This document shows, piece after piece, positions 56,362 to 64,000 of a DNA stretch of 64,000 bases (positions are counted from its first letter, which is position 1; the number at the start of each line of letters is the position of its first letter). Source of the stretch: Vagococcus sp. (GTDB lineage Bacteria; Bacillota; Bacilli; Lactobacillales; Vagococcaceae); assembly GCF_052102835.1 (NCBI RefSeq), contig NZ_JBQEIL010000004.1, positions 7,003-71,002 of the forward strand. The letters are read 5' to 3'. The notes below the pieces were generated by a model. That model had not been told where the DNA came from. It searched no databases and worked only from the letters and a program-made list of their open reading frames with translations. The translations under genes were made by a program, and so were the position numbers.

Positions 56362-57780
56362 ATGGATTTTAGTAAAGTAAAGTTGGGATTTGCGCCAACG
56401 AGACGGAACCTATTTAGTGCAGATGCAGCAATTGAGTATTCTAATTTAACTCGAGAAAAAATGAATGAATTAGGGATTAACTATGTTGATATTTTAGATG
56501 TGAATGAAGAAGGTCTTCTTTACAACGATGAAGGCATGGAAAAAATTGCAGCTAAATTTAACGGAGAAGAGATTGATGGGCTTTTCTTAATGAATGCTAA
56601 TTTTGGAACAGAATATGAATGTGCTCGTTTAGCAAAAAAACTAAATGTTCCCGTTTTGTTATGGGGTCCTAAAGATGAAACGCCAGCTGAAGATGGTTCT
56701 CGTTTAAGAGATACACAATGTGGATTATTCGCAATTGGTAAAGTCTTAAGACGTTTTAATGTGCCATTTACTTATATAAAAAACTCTGATGTTGACTCAC
56801 CAGAATTTGAGCGTGGCTTGAAAGATTTCATTAAAGTTTGTAATGTCGTTAAAACATTTAAAGAAACAAGAATTTTACAAGTTGGCCCAAGACCTTTTGA
56901 TTTTTGGTCAGTGATGTGCAATGAAGGTGAATTATTAGAACGTTTTAACATCTCATTATCGCCTGTTCCTTTACAAGAACTGTATCAAGAAATGGATAAA
57001 GTTAGAATAAATAAAAAAGATAAAATTCAAAAAGCACTTGATTATTTTAATAATGAAACGATCGTCGAAATTAGTGATGAAGACTTAGAAAAAATTGCAG
57101 TGTTAAAAGTAGCTTTAGAAAGTTTATGTGAGTTTTACGGTTGTAACTCAGGAGTTATCCAATGTTGGACAGCGCTACAGGACGAAATCGGTATTTTACC
57201 TTATGCTTCATTATCATTACTTCAAGAAGAAGGTATTCCGTTTGTTTGTGAGACAGATGTTCATGGTGTCATTACGGAGTTACTGATTGAAGCAGCTAGT
57301 CTTGGTAAAGAAAAAGCAATTTTTGCCGATGTGAATTGTCGCCATCCAGAGGTCGAAAATGGTGAACTACTTCAACATTTAGGGGTTTTCGCTTATTCAA
57401 CAGCAGCTGAAAAACCAGCTTTACCACAACGTCACTTTGTTTTTGATTATCCTGGTTCAGTTCGCTTTAAAGCTAAAGATGGCGAGTATACCTTATGTCG
57501 TTTTGATGGTGATCATGGCGAATACTCATTATTGATGGGAAATGCTAAAACGATGGAAGGTCCTTTCAATCAAGGAACTTATCTTTATTTAGAATTTGAA
57601 AACTTAAATCGTTTAGAAAGTAAGTTAGTTTATGGCCCTTATATTCATCATGTGGCGGCCGTGAATACTGATGTTGTTCCAGTTTTATATGAAGCATGTA
57701 AATATTTAGGTGTAACACCAGATTTCTATGATCCAATTGAAGAAGAAGTAAAATCTTATTTAAGAGGGGATATAAAATGA
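56362..57780 (+). CDS. L-fucose/L-arabinose isomerase family protein
   Basis: NFGTE, GSRLRDTQCG, QCW, CETD, DVN, YIHH motifs of the FucI/AraA-like family. Confidence 0.8.
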   Translation: MDFSKVKLGFAPTRRNLFSADAAIEYSNLTREKMNELGINYVDILDVNEEGLLYNDEGMEKIAAKFNGEEIDGLFLMNANFGTEYECARLAKKLNVPVLLWGPKDETPAEDGSRLRDTQCGLFAIGKVLRRFNVPFTYIKNSDVDSPEFERGLKDFIKVCNVVKTFKETRILQVGPRPFDFWSVMCNEGELLERFNISLSPVPLQELYQEMDKVRINKKDKIQKALDYFNNETIVEISDEDLEKIAVLKVALESLCEFYGCNSGVIQCWTALQDEIGILPYASLSLLQEEGIPFVCETDVHGVITELLIEAASLGKEKAIFADVNCRHPEVENGELLQHLGVFAYSTAAEKPALPQRHFVFDYPGSVRFKAKDGEYTLCRFDGDHGEYSLLMGNAKTMEGPFNQGTYLYLEFENLNRLESKLVYGPYIHHVAAVNTDVVPVLYEACKYLGVTPDFYDPIEEEVKSYLRGDIK

Positions 57781-58604
57781 CAGTAGATACCAAACAACTA
57801 GAAAAGAAAGCCATTGAATTAAGAAAGCGTTTGTTTACCCTGATTCATGACACACGAACAGGTCATACAGGAGGTTCTTTATCAAGTGCCGATATTTTAA
57901 CTGCACTTTATTATCATGTGATGACTGTTGATGTGGAAAATCCAGAGAATGATGCTCGCGATCGCTATGTTCAAAGTAAAGGTCACGCGGTTGAAATTTT
58001 ATGGACAGTTCTAGCAGATAAAGGTTTTATTACAGATGAAGAACTCAATACTTTTTCACAATATAAATCACGTTTAATCGGGCATCCAAATAATGAAGTG
58101 CCAGGAATTGAGATGAATACGGGGTCATTAGGTCATGGCTTATCGATCGCTTCAGGAATGGCTCTAGCTGCTAAAATGGATAACAAAGAATATCAAACCT
58201 ATACATTAATGGGAGATGGCGAGCTAGGTGAAGGTTCATTATGGGAAGCGGCGATGTTTGCTCCACATAAAAAACTAGATAATTTAACCGCAATTATTGA
58301 TAATAATGGTTTACAAATTACAGGCAAAACAAGTGATGTTTTAAATACAGAACCGTTGAAAGAAAAATGGGAAGCATTTGGCTGGTTTGTTATTGAAGTC
58401 GATGGTCACAATATGGAAGAATTACTTGCTGCATTTGATCAAAAAGATGAGCAACAACGACCAAAAATGATTATTGCACATACTGTTAAAGGTAAAGGCG
58501 TATCTTTTGCTGAAAATCAAGCAGGTTGGCATCACCGAGTTCCAACTGAGGCTGAGTATGAACAAGCCATTGAGGAATTTGATAAGAAATTGGAGGTTCT
58601 ATAA
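57777..58604 (+). CDS. Split transketolase, N-terminal (ThDP-binding) subunit
   Basis: GHTGGSLS, SKGH, GHP, TGSLGHG, GDGELGEG..WEA. Confidence 0.92.
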   Translation: MTVDTKQLEKKAIELRKRLFTLIHDTRTGHTGGSLSSADILTALYYHVMTVDVENPENDARDRYVQSKGHAVEILWTVLADKGFITDEELNTFSQYKSRLIGHPNNEVPGIEMNTGSLGHGLSIASGMALAAKMDNKEYQTYTLMGDGELGEGSLWEAAMFAPHKKLDNLTAIIDNNGLQITGKTSDVLNTEPLKEKWEAFGWFVIEVDGHNMEELLAAFDQKDEQQRPKMIIAHTVKGKGVSFAENQAGWHHRVPTEAEYEQAIEEFDKKLEVL

Positions 58605-58605
58605 A

Positions 58606-59541
58606 ATGAATAAAATCCCAAATCGTCAAGCAATGTGTGAAGTATTAATTGAAGAAGGAAAACAAAATCGTGAGATTGTTGTTTTAACAAGTGATTCACG
58701 TGGTTCAGCATCCTTAGCTGCGTTTGCAGATACTTTACCAGATCAAATGGTTGAAGTTGGTATTGCAGAGCAAAATATTGTTGGTGTTGCTGCTGGATTA
58801 GCTCATTCGGGTAAACGTCCATTCGTAGCATCACCAGCAGCATTCTTAAGCATGCGCAGTATCGAACAAGTCAAAGTAGATGTGGCTTATTCAAATACAA
58901 ATGTTAAATTAGTTGGGATTAGTGGTGGTGTAAGTTATGGTGCATTAGGAATGAGTCATCATTCTTTACAAGATTTTGCAGTGACTCGCGCTATTCCAAA
59001 TCTACAAGTTTTAGCGCCGTCAGATCGTTTTGAAACCATGGCAATGTTTAAAGCGTTAGCTAAATCAGATAAACCTGCCTATATCCGTTTGGGTAGAAAT
59101 GCAGTTCCAGATAATTATGATAATGAACCTACTGATTTTGAGATTGGCAAAGCAGTCGTGATGAAAGAAGGAACGGCACTTACAATTATTGGGATTGGTG
59201 AAACAGTTGCGCCAGCGTTAGAAGCGGCGAAAGCGTTAGAAGAAGAAGGAATTAAAGTAGAAGTGATCAATGTTCATACCTTAAAACCTTTAGATACTAC
59301 AACGATTTTAAAATCAGCTAAGAAGACAAACTTAATAATTACTGTAGAAGAACACAGCCTTCATGGTGGTTTAGGAAGTGCAGTTGCAGAAACATTAGCA
59401 ATGGAAACCGACATTAAACATAAAATCATTGGTCTACCAGACGACAAATTAATTACTGGAAGTGGTAAAGAAGTATTTGAACATTATGGACTTTCAAAAG
59501 AGAATTTAATGAAAGAAGCCAAAGCTTTACTGGTGGATTAG
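58606..59541 (+). CDS. Split transketolase, C-terminal subunit
   Basis: VGIAEQN, GMSHHS, YIRLGR, TLKPLD, VEEH; start moved to ATG 58606 behind GGAGG. Confidence 0.92.
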   Translation: MNKIPNRQAMCEVLIEEGKQNREIVVLTSDSRGSASLAAFADTLPDQMVEVGIAEQNIVGVAAGLAHSGKRPFVASPAAFLSMRSIEQVKVDVAYSNTNVKLVGISGGVSYGALGMSHHSLQDFAVTRAIPNLQVLAPSDRFETMAMFKALAKSDKPAYIRLGRNAVPDNYDNEPTDFEIGKAVVMKEGTALTIIGIGETVAPALEAAKALEEEGIKVEVINVHTLKPLDTTTILKSAKKTNLIITVEEHSLHGGLGSAVAETLAMETDIKHKIIGLPDDKLITGSGKEVFEHYGLSKENLMKEAKALLVD

Positions 59542-59542
59542 G

Positions 59543-60982
59543 ATGACAGAAAAACGATTAGTCATTGATCAAAGTACGACTGGTACAAAAATGATTTTGG
59601 TAGACACAACAGAAAAAATTAAAATATTGGATCGGATAGATTTGCCACATGAGCAAATCTATCCCCAAAAAGGTTGGGTGGAACATAACCCCATTGAAAT
59701 CTATAAAAATGTCGTTGTTTTATTTGAGAGAATATTAAAGAAAAATCGATTAGTAGCGAAAGATATTAAAAGTATTTCAATAACAAATCAAAGAGAGTCG
59801 ATTGTGATTTGGGATAAAAAAACTGGTAAGTTGCATTCAAACGTGATGGTTTGGCAATGTAATCGAGGGATTGAGATTTGTTCAGAACTTGAAGAACGAG
59901 GGTTAAAACCTTTGATTTATAAAAAAACCGGTTTACTTTTGGATACCTATTTTTCAGCATCAAAATTGAAACACTTTTTTGATCATCAGCAACTAACCGC
60001 AGAGCAAAAAGAAAATTTGGCAATTGGTACAATGGACGCGTGGTTAATTTGGAATCTAACGGATAGGCAACATTTGATGACAGATGTGAGTAATGCTTGT
60101 CGGACTTTATTATTTAATATTTATGATAAATGTTGGGATAAAGAATTAACTACTATTTTTAACGTTCCGATTGAAGCGCTTCCAAAAGTGCAACATTCAA
60201 ATTCAAATTTTGGTACCTATCAAGAAATTCCGATTGTTTCTGTTTTGGCGGACTCACAGTCAGCATTATTAACCCATTCTTGTTTTAATTTAGGCGATAC
60301 TAAGGCAACCCTAGGGACTGGTTCATCGTTATTAATGAATATTGGTTCTGGTGTTAAGCTGAAAAAAGAAGAAGCAGTTGTTACCATTGCGTGGGAAGAA
60401 GACGAAAAGACAGTCTATGCTTTAGAAGGAATAATCCGTTCATTCGGCGATATTTTGAATTGGTTAAAAGATAATTTAAACTTATTTAAAACGTTTGAGG
60501 AAGCCTCAGAATTAGCTTTTTCATTGAAGAATAATGATGGCGTTTATTTTATACCCGCATTAGAAGGATTGGCAACTCCGTACTGGAGCCCTCATTTAGA
60601 AGCTACGTTTGAAGGGATGACAAGAAATACACAACGAGCTCATTTAATTCGAGCTGGTTTTGAAGCGATGGCATTTCAATTGCGTTTGGTTTTAGATGAA
60701 TTTGAAGAAAGTACTGAAATTAAAGTGACTTCTTTACATGTCGATGGTGGCCCAACTAAAAATGAGAAGTTCATGCAGTTGGTAGCAGATATTACGAATA
60801 AGCAGATTATTGTCGGACAAGTAGAAGAAGCATCTGCAATTGGAACACTGATACTTTTGGGAGAAACACTAGAAAATTCAAAAGAGCAGACAGCAACTTA
60901 TGAAGCAGAAAAGAGCTATGAAAAAGAGTACCAGCAATGGAAAAAAATGATAGAAAAAAATTTAGGAGGAAATGAATCATGA
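59543..60982 (+). CDS. FGGY family carbohydrate kinase (glycerol-kinase-like)
   Basis: IDQSTTGTK, GWVEH, ITNQRE, WQC.R, TDVSNACRT, KATLGTG, VDGG. Confidence 0.88.
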   Translation: MTEKRLVIDQSTTGTKMILVDTTEKIKILDRIDLPHEQIYPQKGWVEHNPIEIYKNVVVLFERILKKNRLVAKDIKSISITNQRESIVIWDKKTGKLHSNVMVWQCNRGIEICSELEERGLKPLIYKKTGLLLDTYFSASKLKHFFDHQQLTAEQKENLAIGTMDAWLIWNLTDRQHLMTDVSNACRTLLFNIYDKCWDKELTTIFNVPIEALPKVQHSNSNFGTYQEIPIVSVLADSQSALLTHSCFNLGDTKATLGTGSSLLMNIGSGVKLKKEEAVVTIAWEEDEKTVYALEGIIRSFGDILNWLKDNLNLFKTFEEASELAFSLKNNDGVYFIPALEGLATPYWSPHLEATFEGMTRNTQRAHLIRAGFEAMAFQLRLVLDEFEESTEIKVTSLHVDGGPTKNEKFMQLVADITNKQIIVGQVEEASAIGTLILLGETLENSKEQTATYEAEKSYEKEYQQWKKMIEKNLGGNES

Positions 60983-61911
60983 AAAAATTTAAAAAAGTTT
61001 TAGTTAGTTTGTTAGGTGTAGCAGCGGTTGGTTTATTGCTAACAGGATGTTCAACAGAAGGAGATAAAAAAGAAGAAGCGAAAAATAAAGAACCGAAAGA
61101 TTTGAAAATTGGTTTTTCAATTTCAACATTAAATAACCCTGCTTTCGTTTATTTAAAAGATCAAATTGAAGAAAATGCTAAAAAAGAAGGCAGTAAGATT
61201 ATTGTAGCTGATGCTCAAAATGACTCAGCGAAACAATCAGATAATATGGATGATTTTATTCAACAAAAAGTAGATGCGATTATCGTTAACCCAGTTGACT
61301 CTTCTGCAATTGCACCATCTGTTGAAGCTGCAAATGATGCTAACATTCCAGTTGTCGCAGTTGACCGTAGTTCTGATGGTGGTGAAATTCTATCACTTAT
61401 TGTTTCAGATAACGTTAAAGGTGGAGAAATGGCTGCTAAATATTTAATAGATACTTTAGGAGAAAATGCTAAAGTAGCAATGATTGAAGGAATTCCAGGA
61501 GCATCAGCAACGAACGAACGTGGCGAAGGCTTTAAAAAAGGCGCTAAAGGTAAATTAGATATTGTTGCTTCTCAAAATGGTGACTTTGACCGTGCGAAAT
61601 CATTGACTGTTACTGAAAATATTTTACAAGCAAATCCAGAAATTAAAGGAATTTTTGCTCAAAATGATGAAGAAGCACTAGGTGCATTAGAAGCAGTTAA
61701 AGCAGCTAAAAGAGATGATATCGTAATTATTGGTTTTGATGGGGCAGAAGATGCACTTAAATCAATTGAAGAAAAAGAATTAAATGCAACCATAGGTCAA
61801 CGTTTTGACGAAATGGCTAAACTGTCATTAGATTCAATTTACAAACACTATAAAGGTGAAAAAGTTGATAAAGAAATATTTGCTCCAGTTGAGTTAATTA
61901 CTCAAAAATAA
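60979..61911 (+). CDS. Sugar ABC transporter substrate-binding lipoprotein (RbsB-like)
   Basis: Lipobox LTGC; STLNNP, NPVDS, VDR, SDN..GG, FAQNDE, GFDG. Confidence 0.9.
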   Translation: MKKFKKVLVSLLGVAAVGLLLTGCSTEGDKKEEAKNKEPKDLKIGFSISTLNNPAFVYLKDQIEENAKKEGSKIIVADAQNDSAKQSDNMDDFIQQKVDAIIVNPVDSSAIAPSVEAANDANIPVVAVDRSSDGGEILSLIVSDNVKGGEMAAKYLIDTLGENAKVAMIEGIPGASATNERGEGFKKGAKGKLDIVASQNGDFDRAKSLTVTENILQANPEIKGIFAQNDEEALGALEAVKAAKRDDIVIIGFDGAEDALKSIEEKELNATIGQRFDEMAKLSLDSIYKHYKGEKVDKEIFAPVELITQK

Positions 61912-61928
61912 TTAAATAAAAACATCAA

Positions 61929-61967
61929 TTTTTAGGAGGATAACGGTTGAAGTTGTTCTCCTAAAAA
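61929..61967 (+). other. Intercistronic hairpin between the binding-protein and ATPase genes
   Basis: TTTTTAGGAGGATAAC...GTTGTTCTCCTAAAAA immediately before the ATPase RBS; probable mRNA stabiliser or attenuator. Confidence 0.55.
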
Positions 61968-61978
61968 GGAGGTTTAAG

Positions 61979-63466
61979 ATGGAAATCCAAATGAGTAATA
62001 TCGAAAAAAGTTTTGGAAAGAATAAAGTTTTACGAGATGTTGATTTGGTAATTAAGCCTGGCGTTATTCATGCTTTAATGGGAGAAAACGGTGCAGGTAA
62101 GTCAACATTAATGAATATTTTAACAGGTTTACATAAGTTAGATTCAGGAAAAGTTTTGATTGATGGACAAGAAAAATATTTTTTTGATCCACATGAAGCT
62201 GAACAATTTGGAATTAGTTTTATTCATCAAGAGATGAATAACTGGGCAGAGATGACGGTCTTAGAGAATATGTTTCTTAATCGAGAAATTAAAACCTCTT
62301 TGGGCTTTTTAGATACACGTAAAATGAGGAAGATAGCCACTCAATATTTTGAAGAATTAGCCATTAGTATTGATTTAAACCAACCGATTAACTACCTTTC
62401 AGTTGGTGAACAGCAAATGGTTGAAATTGCGAAATCATTGATGACCGATTGTCAGGTTTTAATTATGGATGAACCAACGGCTGCATTATCAGATAAAGAA
62501 ATTCGAAATTTATTTGAAATTATTCGCTCGTTAAGAGAAAAAAATGTAGCAATTGTTTATATTTCACATCGAATGGAAGAAATTTTTGAACTATGTGATG
62601 AAATTACTGTTATGCGAGATGGCTTGTCAATTGATACTGTTTTAATTGAAGACACCTCGATGAATGAAGTTGTCCGAAAAATGGTCGGTCGTGAAATTAC
62701 GGATTATTACCCTGAAAAAACGGCAGCCATTGGCAAAAAAGTTTTTGAGGTGAAAGAGTTAACTTCAGCTGAAGGAACATTTGAAGAAGTAAATTTTGAT
62801 GTTTCATCTGGCGAAGTGATTGGTTTTTCTGGACTAATGGGCTCAGGAAGAACAGAAATTATGCGTGGTATTTTTGGATTAGATAAGTTGAAATCTGGAA
62901 AAATATTACTTGAAGGACAAGAAGTAACCCTTCAATCACCACATCAAGCGATTGTTAAGGGAATTGGCTTTGTGACAGAAGATCGAAAAACGGAAGGCTT
63001 AGTTTTAGATTTTACCATTAGAGATAATATAGCATTGCCTTCTATTGATGGTTTTAAGAAGAATGGTTTGATTGATGATAAAGCAGTCAATGATTTTGTT
63101 GATTTACTAGTCAAGCGATTACATGTGAAAGTTCAATCAAGTGAAGACATCGCTGGTGAGTTATCGGGTGGAAATCAACAAAAAGTAGTCTTGGCAAAAT
63201 GGATTGGTGCTGGTTTGAAAGTGTTGATTTTAGATGAACCTACTCGTGGTGTTGATATTGGTGCAAAACGTGAAATTTATCAATTGATTAATGAACTTGC
63301 CGATCGTGGTGTAGCAATTATTGTTGTTTCAAGTGATTTGCCAGAAGTATTAGGAATAAGTGATAGAGTTATCGTAGTGCACGAGGGAAGAATTAAGGGG
63401 CAATTAAATCGAGAAGATGCTAATCAGGAAAAAGTAATGACCTTAGCAACAGGAGGTAGTCTTTGA
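61979..63466 (+). CDS. Sugar ABC transporter ATP-binding protein (RbsA-like, two NBDs)
   Basis: GENGAGKST, MDEPT, SHRMEE, EDRK..GL, LSGGNQQK, DEPTRGVD. Confidence 0.95.
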   Translation: MEIQMSNIEKSFGKNKVLRDVDLVIKPGVIHALMGENGAGKSTLMNILTGLHKLDSGKVLIDGQEKYFFDPHEAEQFGISFIHQEMNNWAEMTVLENMFLNREIKTSLGFLDTRKMRKIATQYFEELAISIDLNQPINYLSVGEQQMVEIAKSLMTDCQVLIMDEPTAALSDKEIRNLFEIIRSLREKNVAIVYISHRMEEIFELCDEITVMRDGLSIDTVLIEDTSMNEVVRKMVGREITDYYPEKTAAIGKKVFEVKELTSAEGTFEEVNFDVSSGEVIGFSGLMGSGRTEIMRGIFGLDKLKSGKILLEGQEVTLQSPHQAIVKGIGFVTEDRKTEGLVLDFTIRDNIALPSIDGFKKNGLIDDKAVNDFVDLLVKRLHVKVQSSEDIAGELSGGNQQKVVLAKWIGAGLKVLILDEPTRGVDIGAKREIYQLINELADRGVAIIVVSSDLPEVLGISDRVIVVHEGRIKGQLNREDANQEKVMTLATGGSL

Positions 63467-63999
63467 TGAATAAGACCGTAGAAAATAGTGAAGTGGTAGA
63501 TAAAAAAGAAAAATTTAGTAATATAATCAGTCGACTAGGTTCAGTGATTGCCTTGGTAATCTTAATGGTAATCATCACAATCTTAAATCCTGATTTTGTT
63601 TCAATTAACAATCTTTTAAATTTATTACGTCAAGTATCAATTAATGGCTTTATTGCTTATGGTATGACTTTTGTTATTTTAACAGGAGGAATAGATTTAT
63701 CGGTAGGTTCGATTTTGGCTTTATCTGGTGCTTTTACAGGAGGGTTATTGGCAGATGGAATCTCACCAATTATTGCGATTATCGCTGGAATGTTAACTGG
63801 AGCGGCTTTGGGAGCTATTAATGGTTTGCTTGTAACTAAAGGAAATATGGCCCCTTTTATTGCAACTTTAGCTTCCATGACAATCTATCGTGGAGCAACG
63901 TTAGTTTATACTGATGGTAATCCAATTACAGGAATAGGAAACTCTGCTTTCTTCAAGTTTTTAGGTAGAGGTTACATTTTAGGTATTCCATTTCCTGTT
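63466..63999 (+). CDS. Sugar ABC transporter permease (RbsC-like), partial at the window end
   Basis: ATG overlapping the ATPase TGA; GMTFVILTGGIDLSVGS and PFIATL motifs; frame open to the end of the window. Confidence 0.9.
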   Translation, partial: MNKTVENSEVVDKKEKFSNIISRLGSVIALVILMVIITILNPDFVSINNLLNLLRQVSINGFIAYGMTFVILTGGIDLSVGSILALSGAFTGGLLADGISPIIAIIAGMLTGAALGAINGLLVTKGNMAPFIATLASMTIYRGATLVYTDGNPITGIGNSAFFKFLGRGYILGIPFPV

Positions 64000-64000
64000 A

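Noticed and set aside
6165-58606. Longest-ORF start sites for several genes (6165, 6856, 26615, 36033, 39769, 42963, 45457, 48934, 58474)
   Set aside because: Downstream starts with proper Shine-Dalgarno spacing or translational coupling fit better; the extensions run through promoters, terminators or upstream genes.
1402-63878. Short antisense or alternate-frame ORFs in the ORF track (e.g. 1402-1599, 11072-11392, 15734-15934, 36787-37068, 48114-48548, 63657-63878)
   Set aside because: They lie wholly or largely within well-supported genes, lack an RBS and motifs, and are expected shadow ORFs.
59543-63999. Assigning glpK and rbsBAC gene symbols
   Set aside because: There is no glpF/glpO or rbsK/rbsD context; the neighbours point to a different sugar, so the symbols were withheld.
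1-64000. CRISPR arrays, rRNA, tRNA, prophage, restriction or other defence genes
   Set aside because: No regularly spaced repeats, structural RNA signatures or such protein motifs were recognised.

Overview
Low-GC Firmicute chromosomal window; the gene content and style suggest Lactobacillales/Enterococcaceae (Vagococcus- or Enterococcus-like, inferred and not proven). No rRNA, tRNA, CRISPR array, transposase, integrase or phage gene was recognised. Contents in order: a large WxL surface protein with a C-type lectin domain; fucO; ndk; a class D sortase cassette; a small alarmone synthetase; a sugar-acid catabolic operon; a ~17.5 kb glycan-utilisation locus bracketed by two near-identical 2624-bp copies of a mannose-family PTS (IIB-IIC-IID-IIA), holding GH35, two paralogous unclassified glycosidase-like genes, a YphG-like protein and GalM; a de novo folate/pABA cluster whose pabB-pabC fusion has an in-frame nonsense codon; an ABC exporter with a two-component system; a PucR-linked deiminase-type operon with an atypical transcarbamylase; a MerR-controlled native-amine-dehydrogenase-like gene; and a LacI-controlled isomerase/split-transketolase/FGGY-kinase/ABC sugar operon running off the end. 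The best candidate for an undescribed system is the operon at 43745-50805, which looks like an ATP-yielding deiminase pathway for a guanidino compound other than L-arginine or agmatine. All family assignments come from motif reading and recalled reference proteins; no database search was run.
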